Assembly (NCBI RefSeq): GCF_006345805.1 | Contig: NC_043004.1 | Span: forward strand, 20,646,001 to 20,710,000 | From: Octopus sinensis | Taxonomy: Eukaryota | DNA: 64,000 nt | Direction: 5' to 3' | Part shown: piece after piece, positions 1 through 10,370 of the stretch | How positions within the stretch are numbered: position 1 is the stretch's first letter | How the letters are laid out: each line of letters begins with the position of its first letter | The notes under the pieces: model-generated | The model's database searches: none | What the model saw: only the letters and a program-made list of their open reading frames with translations | Told to the model about the DNA's origin: nothing | Position numbers and translations under genes: made by a program

Positions 1-1042
1 ATATAAATTTGACGATTTGTCAATATCTTGCATGGCTATTCTTTGTTGGAAAAGGAAGTGGAAGCACTGGATAGGTTTTATTGTGTTGTTACTATTTATT
101 TGTATATGTTTTCTTGTATTATCCAACAATTCCCAACCATTATTATATCTAGGAAGCAGCACTTTCAGTATATTAGCAGCTTTTTTCCAATTACAAACTC
201 TTTCTTTTATAAACACTGTTGTGGCTTGGAGTTTTTATTATACTCAGCAGGGAAAAAAAAAAAACAATATCCTAGCGATTGTTGGGTTGGCCACAATGAG
301 GGAAATCAAAGGCAGTGAATTAAATTGATTGAAAAGAACACTTCTGGTTACCGAATGTCCACTTGGGAAAATAAAATCCATCAGTTGATTTGATTGAGTA
401 ATCTGGGCTAACCTGTGGGAGGTTTCATTGCTTGTGTTGATGGTGATTGAAACATTTAAGTCAGAACTACTGTATCAGAAATGACTTTACAAGAAATATT
501 TGGTTGTATACAATTGTGTAGCACAATGTATTTCATATTCTAATAACTAGGAAGTATTAAGATTTATTGATATTTGTTGAAAAAAATACTTTAACATCGC
601 TTGTTGCTTGCTATCAATGACCATACCTGGAATTACTTAAAAATCTTATTAAGCAAATTTTTTTGAAAAGAAAGAAACAAATATCACTAGTTTCTCATCA
701 ACTAAACTTAGAAGATTAAAACTTTAATCTGTTCAGACTTCTATCATTTATGAACACTTTAGTATCCAATAATGGAGAAAATTTACACACTTGCAGATGG
801 AAAATAACAACAGGGTGTTGGTATATGTATGGCAGATGCACACAAAATGTCATATTCCTTTTTTTTATTTTTTAACTAGATTCTTGATCAGTAAAAGATA
901 TAGACATGTGGAACAAAACTTTGTGCAATGAAGATTTCTGAAAAGTCATATTTCCCATTTACTTGCATTCCATGTGAATACTTATACTGGTTATCATCAA
1001 AGTGGTGCTAGTTAGTGTAGCTGTTGGTGTTTTAGTTGGGTG

Positions 1043-2456
1043 GGGGATAGTCACGACCCCACAAGACATGTTCTCCCACTGAGCTTTTCTATTAACTTTT
1101 TATGGATGCACTCGTGTAGAACCTTTCGTACCCAACATGTGTACCACATGCTTCCATCTTTTACTGTACATGTCTGATGACAGGCACTTCCTTTCTAGCA
1201 TGTTAACTGATGACGTAGAATTTCAGTCACCAAATATCAAAAAAATGTGATGGGAATTTTTAAGTCAAAGAAATAATCTCAAAGTGATTTATGTATGTTT
1301 TTAAAATACTGAAATGGTTGTTTCATGATGCAATTTGCTTCAGTTTCAATACCTAGACTCATGTCAAGCTGCTTGTCAAACAAGTGTGTCTTGGAAATTA
1401 ATCAAATAATGATCTTAGCAACAATAATTTAAACAAGTGAGAACAATATTTCATTTTTGGATTTGGTTTGCAAGACTCTTGATGTGAACTTGAAGCTGAC
1501 TTGAAGCAGAAAAGGTATGTCATTAAAAAGGTCACAAATGGTGACAAAAGGATTTTGGCAATCACAGCTGAAGTGGGGTCTAGGTAACAAACGAGGTTAC
1601 ATAAAAGTGACATTTAAAAATCTGTAGAATATAAATATGAACAGACAGACAATAAGACAGCACAATGGAGTTGGGGACAGTCACAACCCCACAAGACACG
1701 TTTTCCCACTGAGCTTTTCTATTAACTTTTTATGGATGCACTCGTGTAGAACCTTTCGTACCCAACATGTGTACCACATGCTTCCATCTTTTACTGTACA
1801 TGTCTGATGACAGGCACTTCCTTTCTAGCATGTTAACTGATGACGTAGAATTTCAGTCACCAAATATCAAAAAAATGTGATGGGAATTTTTAAGTCAAAG
1901 AAATAATCTCAAAGTGATTTATGTATGTTTTTAAAATACTGAAATGGTTGTTTCATGATGCAATTTGCTTCAGTTTCAATACCTAGACTCATGTCAAGCT
2001 GCTTGTCAAACAAGTGTGTCTTGGAAATTAATCAAATAATGATCTTAGCAACAATAATTTAAACAAGTGAGAACAATATTTCATTTTTGGATTTGGTTTG
2101 CAAGACTCTTGATGTGAACTTGAAGCTGACTTGAAGCAGAAAAGGTATGTCATTAAAAAGGTCACAAATGGTGACAAAAGGATTTTGGCAATCACAGCTG
2201 AAGTGGGGTCTAGGTAACAAACGAGGTTACATAAAAGTGACATTTAAAAATCTGTAGAATATAAATATGAACAGACAGACAATAAGACAGCACAATGGAG
2301 TTGGGGACAGTCACAACCCCACAAGACACGTTTTCCCACTGAGCTTTTCTATCAACTTTTGGATGCACTCGTGTAGAACCTTTCATACCCAACATGCATA
2401 CCACATGCTTCCATCTTTTACCGTACATGTCTGATGACAGGCACTTCCTTTCTAGC
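1043..2456. repeat. 630-bp direct tandem duplication, arrangement A1-B-A2-B-A3 (A = 157-bp LINE 3' segment, B = 473 bp)
   Basis: 1200-1672 and 1830-2302 read as identical (identical ORFs 1398-1613 and 2028-2243, offset 630). A copies start at 1043, 1673 and 2303. Confidence 0.95.
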
Positions 2457-2878
2457 CTTATCTTTCTTTGAAGGAGGGAGACAAAAATGGAGAACAAGCA
2501 TCGGCCAGAAATGAACCTGCCTGACACCAATCTTTTCAATCTTGTCTTCCATACTGCCTCCTTCACTAGAGCAACCACAACAAGGAAACAGACCTTACCT
2601 TCTCTGTTCAGTAAAGGAGGTGGAACAATATTTATAACAGACTCAGCTGACAGCTGTACTCTTCCAAGATGTGACAGCAGTCATTTGACGTAAACCCACA
2701 ACTCTGAAATCCTGACACCCTACCAAATTGCGTGCAAAACAGTTTCACTGTCCCACCCACAGCTCAGGCAGGTGGGAGAGCATGAGGCACCATGCCTTGT
2801 GAGTTTATCACAAACTGGTAAGGTTCCTCAGTAACATTGCCAGGCGAGGGACGTCTGGAAGTTGTCCAAAGGTCTTGT
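2303..2878 (-). mobile_element. L1/Tx1-clade LINE, ORF2 C-terminal remnant (zinc-knuckle region), decayed
   Basis: Minus strand: PLDNFQTSLAWQCY*GTLPVCDKLTRHG..CLSCGWDSETVLHAIW, then LSAESVINIVPPPLLNREGKVCFLVVVALVKEAVWKTRLK. Contains stops. Confidence 0.8.
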
Positions 2879-4360
2879 TTAGCCTTCATACAGGGACTTG
2901 CAAAAGTCCTTTCTTGGAGAGCCTAAGTCTTTAGAATATTGTGATGATAATATTTTGTAGTTCATTGTATCAATTTTGTACATTGCAATCCCCTCGGGGC
3001 GGATGGTCCTGTGGTCATTATATAACTCTGCATTCGGAATGTTTTTTAAAGCATGCGTACTCATGTGTAACCATGTGTAACCTGCTGGCTTTTTACTTTT
3101 ACAGCAGTTAACACAAATTCGATATCTAGTGGGAAATGTTGATTGGGGGATTCTTTTTCAGGACAGGGAGGGGTTGATTTTGCTGGTTTTGTGATAGGGT
3201 GTGCATTGTACATGTCTGAAGGTGGAGAGGTCTTTTGCTTGTACTGGGGGAGGTGGGGATCCGGTTAGTATTTTTCTTCTTGGGGACTTTCTTTTTTTTA
3301 TGTGATATGGTTACCCATCCTGCTTTGTTTTCCATGTCTTCGGTTGAATTTCCTTTCTGTGTACACTCCACCTGGATAGGCGGCTCATTAGTCTCGGCTG
3401 TTTTATTTTTGTTGTTTCCACCTTTTAGGTAGAGCATTTCGCTCGAATGTGGCCCTTCTCACCACATTCGAAACACCCCAGCCTTCTACCCTTGACCATT
3501 ACTTGCAGAATAATTTCTTCGCTGATAATTATATTTTCAGCTATCTCTTCAAGCATCTGAGAGGCCGCTTGAATGATTATCTCTAATCTCTGGCCTTCCA
3601 TTTTCTCTTCCAGGCCTATTGTTAGCACTGCACAAATCCAAGTTACATCTATCTCCGGTGGGATGTCTTCCACCAAGATTTTTGATGTGCATCTATCTAA
3701 ATACGTAGGTAGAAACACTATCTCTGCAGTTTTTAAAGCTTAATGGAATGTTGTTTTGCCTTTTCTTCATTATTAAAATGTACTACTATGGAGGCAAAGT
3801 TTTTTCCTCCTGTTATAAAGGAAATATTTGACAATATAGTTTGCAAACATTTTTCTACTCCTCTCGAAGCTTTTTCTAATTTCTTCTCCTTTAAGATAAA
3901 ACTTTCGAACACAATAATTCTCTTATTAGATTTTTCAATTAACTTGGAGGGGAGGGGAGCTTTTAAATCTTGTCCCTCCCTCTCGAAATTTTCATATGCT
4001 GGTTCAAATTTTCTATTTTAAAGCTTGTCTTTTAATACCGGCTGCTGTAGCAAAGTTTGGCTGGTTTGAGTGTTTTCTTCAAGGAACTCTTTGCCTAATG
4101 GCATGTTCAGTGGACTTTCTTTTTCACCAGATGGCATTTTCTCACAAGTTGTATCCAACATACAATTCATAATCTGGGAAAACTCCCACACAAAAATAAG
4201 TAATTCCCCTCCTCAAAGAAGGGAATATGTTCAAAAAGTCTGCTGAACACAGAACAAAATTTTGGTAATGACAAAAATTCAACAATAATATTCTAAAAAC
4301 AGGTAATCCAAACAAGTAATCTAAACTGGTAATCCCAAAATGCAAGCAACTCAAAATCCA
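2879..4360 (-). mobile_element. L1/Tx1-clade LINE ORF1 (gag-like CCHC knuckle) plus probable 5' UTR, frameshifted
   Basis: ORF 3425-3718 contains CFECGEKGHIRAKC (CX2CX4HX4C). The frame continues upstream (KLIEKSNKRIIVFESF..FASIVVHF) and downstream through ORFs 3126-3437 and 2879-3064. The 5' boundary is approximate. Confidence 0.75.
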
Positions 4361-4680
4361 AGTAAGGGGAATGAATGACAGGCTGGTAAATTCGGTTGCT
4401 GTTTATACCCAATCAGTCAACATTTTGCATGTGCATCATACTTTTCATAAAAATGCATTCGTGAGCATTACTATGTTCATGAAAAGTGAGTGAGTTCGAA
4501 TCCTACATGCAATCCTTGTGTTTTCAAAAGAGAGTGGTGTTATGGGTCAGTTACCTCTCCCTGATGTCAAATTACCCAGAAATGTGATAAAATCCATGTA
4601 ATCTCAACATCATGTGTAAAACAAATAATCTTTTATAGTGTGACATTTCTATTGTAGTTCAGCATATACATACATACATA

Positions 4681-4712
<32 letters not shown>

Positions 4713-5029
4713 CAAAATATACTGAGCTACAAAAGAAACATCACACTGTAAAAGATTCAAGTGAACAAGGCACTTAAATGGTAAGGCACTGGGTTGGGTC
4801 AAAAAGTAAAATGTATACACAACAAAAATAGAGGAATACATATGCGAGTCCCAAAGTACCAGCAAAAAGATATTCAGCTTATGTGTATGATTAATTGTAT
4901 GTGACTGAGTATATCATGAAGCCTGAGACTAATCAAGAAATGCATATTGTAGTAAATATATGGTCCATAATATACTTTGGATCTACACTAGGAGCAAATT
5001 CTGAGAGGAGTGAATACTAAATAAATGAG

Positions 5030-5283
5030 AAACAACAGATGGATAATGTGTCAGTTCACTACAGCTGTTTCTAATGAATTTTTAATTGATTAATGGGGAC
5101 AATACATCATTGGGAGAATACATGCACCACAGTATTCAAAACTATTCAAAAGCCAACAGGATGTGCATCTTCATGATTCTATGACACTTGCCATGGTTTC
5201 TAATGATCTAATGTTTCCATTAATCAATTAAAAATTTGTTAGAAACAGCTGTAGGGAATTGACACATCATCCATCTGTTGTTT
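5030..5283. repeat. ~250-bp inverted-repeat element with ~65-bp arms (MITE-like or Penelope-derived)
   Basis: Left arm aaacaacagatggataatgtgtcagttcactacagctgtttctaatgaatttttaattgattaatgg is mirrored by ccattaatcaattaaaaatttgttagaaacagctgtagggaattgacacatcatccatctgttgttt. Confidence 0.85.
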
Positions 5284-6174
5284 TATATATGTATATATAT
5301 ATCAGTATAAAGATACATACATATAATAAGGTTGCCCATTATGTTAAACTTCATCAAATCACCTGCTCCCAAATCTTTACCATTCAGTTACTAATATTGT
5401 TCTCATTCTCTATATACATGGAACAAATGATCTGAGGTGCAAACTTTGTTCCTAACATCAAAGGCTTCCTGTCTATGAAGTCAGTAACCTGAGTAAAAAC
5501 TGCTCAAATGTGAAGGGGATTCTTCAGTTCTCCTTGTATAGGAGAATATTTCTAGCTTTGGAAACTGAGGGGAAAACACTGAGTACACTTTATAAAGTAG
5601 TTTGTGATAGGAAGGGCATCTGACCATATGGCTGGATGCCATTTCTTTCACAAACCATGCAGAAATAAAATATGTGAATGTGATGTAGTGCCTATGAGCT
5701 CTATTGCAAGCTACCTCTATTAGTGTGCACTGATTCCAAACAAGAGCGATAGAAAATAAACGGGCCTCTGTAGTAACCTCTCTAAAGCCAATGGCATAAT
5801 ATACATACATATATATATATATATATATATCATATGGCATATGGCATATGCAAAAATTTATATTGGTCCATTTCCTCAATTACTATTTTCTGTGAGATTA
5901 TGACAACTGTGATGATCCTGTCAACCCTTGCTACAATAAGAAAGGTGATGTACAGTGATGATAATGATGAAGATGATGCTGCTACTACTGATAATGATGA
6001 AGAAGCCAGTGATGGAAGTGGCAGTGAAAATGTTGACGATGATGATATATGTATATTTATTGAAGCACAAACAACTGTAAACATTGAAATTAAAAAAATC
6101 TCGCAACCAGAATATAATTCACTTAAAACATTCAACAATATAACCTCACAGTATTTGAGCAGCATGACAATTAT

Positions 6175-6207
<33 letters not shown>

Positions 6208-6915
6208 ATCAATACATTAGTGAGTGTGTATGTTTTGAATATAAAAATCGTTTTCAGCCAAAATAAAGTAAAAACAAGTCAAAAGGTGGTTAAAGGCTGC
6301 AGAGAAAAAAAAAATAGAAAAACCTTTTTTACTAACATTTTTTTGTTTGGTTTTATTTTGCAGCTAAGAGAAAATATGATATTTTTCTATTGTTCCAGCT
6401 TTAAAACATGTTTGAGAAGCATCAAAATGTTTAATTCACCGACAGACGTGTACTTTTACACATTACAATATACATAAATGTGTGTGTGTGTATATGTGTG
6501 AATTTGTGTGTGTGTATGCACGTGTGTGTGTTGTGTTAGAAGGTGTGTGCGCCTGCAGATATATATTTAAAACTATATACCTAGACTGTATATCAAGATA
6601 TAGCTTCATAACTTTGTATGTTAACATACACACAAACAGGCAGATGCATGTTTGCCCAATGTAGCCATCATGCACATTTATATATAAGCATGCACGCACA
6701 TACACAAACCTACATATACACATATGTGTGTATATAATATTATATCATATGCATGTGTGTAAACATACATATTTATGTAATAACACAGATATTTGTTGTA
6801 TGCAAACACACAGAGATTTATTGAATTAGCAGCTGTGTAGTGCCTTATATAAAGCCTTGTATAAGCAATATATTTTAAAGATGATATTTCAATGAAGAAA
6901 ACTTGATTTTCAAAA

Positions 6916-7052
6916 TCAGTTGCATTGTCGTTGAGGACGTATAGAGCCAAACATCTGTACGTGCTTCATAATGGCAGTAGATCTGCTGGGCTTCCTCTTG
7001 CCTTTATAATTCAACTGATAGAATTTATCCACATAGTAACAACTCAGCACAG
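6916..7052 (-). CDS. Candidate 3'-terminal coding exon of an unidentified host gene
   Basis: Acceptor aatttttcag| followed by an open frame xVLSCYYVDKFYQLNYKGKRKPSRSTAIMKHVQMFGSIRPQRQCN*, with AATAAA about 95 nt past the stop. No homolog recognised. Confidence 0.3.
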
Positions 7053-7729
7053 CTGAAAAATTTATCTTTTTGCATTATATTAATATATTCAATGAAAATG
7101 AGGAATCATATTGAGATGATGCTGTAAGAACAAATTCTATTTCTGGAATTATTCCAGTGAAAGGAAGCCCAGCTTATCTATAGCAAGAACTGAACACTTG
7201 AGCATGTTACTGACGTTGAAAGAATGCTTTCTTCATTGAAATGCCTTCTTCACGAATACTTTATTGTTGTAAGATAGTCAACTTTAATACATAATAAACT
7301 TTGAATTTCGAATCCTACATTCACTTCTAGGATGAACATTCAGCTATTCAACCAGTTGGATTTTTCATTATATTAACAAAACTGTGGCTGAGCATTTTCC
7401 ATTCCCTTATACCCTTAATTCTCAAACTGATTGTTAAGTGACACAGTATGTAACAAAGCTGAACATTTGAATTACTGGTACAGTCCGAATAACAGTCTAC
7501 AATTTTGCTCACAATACTTAAGTTAACCTGAGGCCGTGGGATGAAACCAGGGACTCTATGATTGTGAAGTGGACTTCTTATAAATTCAGCAGTGGCCACC
7601 AAATAATAAATAAAAAAGATATTCTTTATATCCAGCTTAATATGAATATTGCATTAGAACATTGAATACTGCATTATTTACCCTGAGAGGAAATCTCATA
7701 TGAATGTATGGTACCAGCTGCTACATCAT

Positions 7730-7730
<1 letters not shown>

Positions 7731-7775
<45 letters not shown>

Positions 7776-7825
7776 TAATAATAATAGTAATAATAATAAT
7801 AGCAATAATAATAATAATTACAATG

Positions 7826-7880
<55 letters not shown>

Positions 7881-7888
7881 TAATAATA

Positions 7889-7919
<31 letters not shown>

Positions 7920-7930
7920 TAGTAACAATG

Positions 7931-7961
<31 letters not shown>
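7731..7961 (+). repeat. (TAA)n microsatellite, ~230 bp, 5' flank of the Dong/R4 LINE
   Basis: Direct reading. It explains the poly-I/N/Y ORFs. Confidence 0.99.
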
Positions 7962-7962
<1 letters not shown>

Positions 7963-9947
7963 CGCATCCATGGATCTTGAGATCGCTGGACATCTTCAAA
8001 ATTTCCCCTGTGATTTCAAACTTCCTGAAGCACAATATGTCGTTGTGGAATACGAATCTCCAATTATACCACTCTAATGGAGTACTTGCCTCAGAAAATA
8101 TAAACATCAACTGTGGAATTTTTCAAGGTGACTCACTTTCACCTTTAATATTCTGCATAGCCCTAATACCCCTTACAAGTGAATTAAACAGAACAGGGTA
8201 TGGGTATAAAATTGCCAATAAAAAAATAAGCCACCTATTTTATATGGATGACTTAAAACTTTATGGTAAAGACAATAATGAACTTGAAGGCCTATTGCGC
8301 ACCGTGAAAGCATTCAGTGATGACATCGGGATGGAGTTTGGACTTGAGAAGTGTGCCAAGGCCACTTTCCAGAAAGGGAAAGTGAAGACCACAAATTCAG
8401 TCGTGTTAGATGTTGACACAGTCATAAGAGAGCTTGAGCAAGAACAAACATACAAATATTTAGGGATAAATGAAGGCTCTGGTATTCAGCATGCAAGCAT
8501 GAAAGAGAAAATCAGGAAGGAATGTTATAGGAGAGTTCGTGCAGTCCTGAAATCTGAACTAAATGCACGTAACAAGGTGTTAGCTATAAATTCCTTAGCA
8601 GTTCCAGTTGTTACTTATAGCTACAATGTATTGAACTGGAATATGAGTGAAGTAAAGAATATAGATAGAAAAATACGCAAGCTGCTGAGTTGTAATAGGA
8701 TGCACCACCCAAAGGCAGACGTAGATCGCCTTTACCTTCCCAGAGCCCAAGGAGGTCGAGGCCTGATCCAATTTGAACTAGCTTACAAAACAACCACAAT
8801 TGGACTGGCCAAATATCTCGAAATATCGAATGACTGGATGCTAAAGCTCGTGGAAAATCACGAGAGACGAAAGAAGCTTCATTCTATCATAAAGGAAAGC
8901 AAAAAAATTGCTATTGATCTCGTGCAGGATACCCAAACTGAACAACCCGAGGGAAGTACGGCAACTATGATGGCAATGAAAAAAGCGCACGAGCAATTGG
9001 CTGATAGGTGGAAGGAGAAACCTCTGCACGGCAAATATGTGACCCGCAGCAAACAAGCTGATGTTGACCAGAAGCAAACCCATCAGTGGCTACGGAGCTC
9101 AGGGCTAAAAGCAGAGAGCGAAGGTTTCATCCTGGCTGCTCAAGATCATAAGCCTATTAACCCGGAACTACCAGGCCAATGTGATGAAAAATGGAGCAGA
9201 CCCAAAATGCCGATTCTGCAACGACATGATTGAAACAGTGGACCACCTAATCTCTGGATGTAAAGTCTTAGCACCAGTGGAGTATAAATTAAGACATGAC
9301 AGAGTTGGCCAATATCTCCACTGGCTAATAAGTCGGCATTACAATATCAAAACTGCCGACAAGTGGTATAATCACCACCCTGAGGCTGTAACTGAAGGAG
9401 AAAATGTAACCATTCTGTGGGACTTTCCAGTACATACAGACCGAACCATCAAGGCCAATAAACCAGATATTGTTGTGAAAGACCAAAACAATAAAGTTTG
9501 CTTATTGATCGACATGAGCATCCCCTGTGATCATAATATCTCAGCGAAAGAGTTTGACAAGCTCAGAAAATATAAAGACCTACTTATTGAAATTGAGAAA
9601 ATGTGGCATCTCAAGGCGGTTACAATACCAGTTATCGTAGGAGCACTAGGAATGATCAAGAAGGGAACCGAAAATTATATGAGAATGATCCCTGGCTTAC
9701 CATCCCTGCAAGAAGTGCAAAAGATTGTCTTAACTGGTACATCACACGTATTGAGAAGAGCATTGTCGATGTGAGAACTGTTGCTGCTCATGTATTTTAA
9801 TTTAACTTAAAAAAAAAAAAAAAAAAATGAACGAACTACTGAGTTTGGTTTAATGGCCTACCATTGTATACTATGAGTTTCTTTGCCCTAGGAGTCGGGA
9901 AGACACTCGGCAAGAAATGGAAGCAAATTTGAAAGAAGAAAAAAAAA
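7962..9947 (+). mobile_element. 5'-truncated R4/Dong-clade non-LTR retrotransposon (RT, CCHC and restriction-like endonuclease)
   Basis: RT motifs GIFQGDSLSP and HLFYMDDLKL; CRFCNDMIETVDHLISGC; RLE motif KPDIVV..LIDMSIP..KYKDL. One +1 frameshift at ~9149 (caagatca[t]aagcc restores QDQSLLTRNYQANV), stop at 9774, then a 3' UTR and A-rich end. Confidence 0.95.
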
Positions 9948-9984
<37 letters not shown>

Positions 9985-9990
9985 TAATAA
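9948..9990 (+). repeat. (TAA)n microsatellite, 3' flank of the Dong/R4 LINE
   Basis: Direct reading. Confidence 0.97.
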
Positions 9991-10074
9991 TGGTTTCAAA
10001 TTTTGGTACAGAGCTAGCTGGGACACCTGGTCACCTCTGTACATTATTAATAATAATAATGGTTTCACCTTTTT

Positions 10075-10370
10075 GTACAAGGCGTGAAGTTTTGTGTGAG
10101 GGATAGTTGATTACATCAATCCCAGTGTTCAACTGGTTCAAATTTTATTCACACTGAAAGGATGAAAGACAAACTTCACCAAGGCAGAATTTGAACTCAA
10201 AGCCTAAAGACTAGCCAATTACATCAACCCGTGTTTCACTGGTACTTAATTTATTGACCCCACAAAGATGAAAGGCAAAGTTGACCTCGATAGAATTTGA
10301 ACTCAGAACATATTGACAGACAAAATCTCACCTTAGCATTTTGCCTGGTGCACTAATGATTCTGTCAGTT
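10075..10370 (-). mobile_element. Two tandem partial copies of tRNA-derived SINE family A
   Basis: Reverse complements of gagttcaaattc..gcctttcatcct..aagtaccag. Confidence 0.8.

Noticed and set aside
17-328. Hydrophobic ORFs, one with ALDRFYCVV (GPCR DRY-like)
   Set aside because: A single motif in AT-rich DNA with no supporting ordered motifs or splice structure.
1398-1613. Duplicated 71-aa ORF as a gene
   Set aside because: It lies partly in probable LINE 3' UTR and is identical only because of the tandem duplication.
5834-6220. 128-aa acidic ORF
   Set aside because: Built from a decayed (GAT)n tract and a (GT)n run; no splice signals or homology.
7700-8110. Poly-I/N/Y ORFs
   Set aside because: Translations of (TAA)n.
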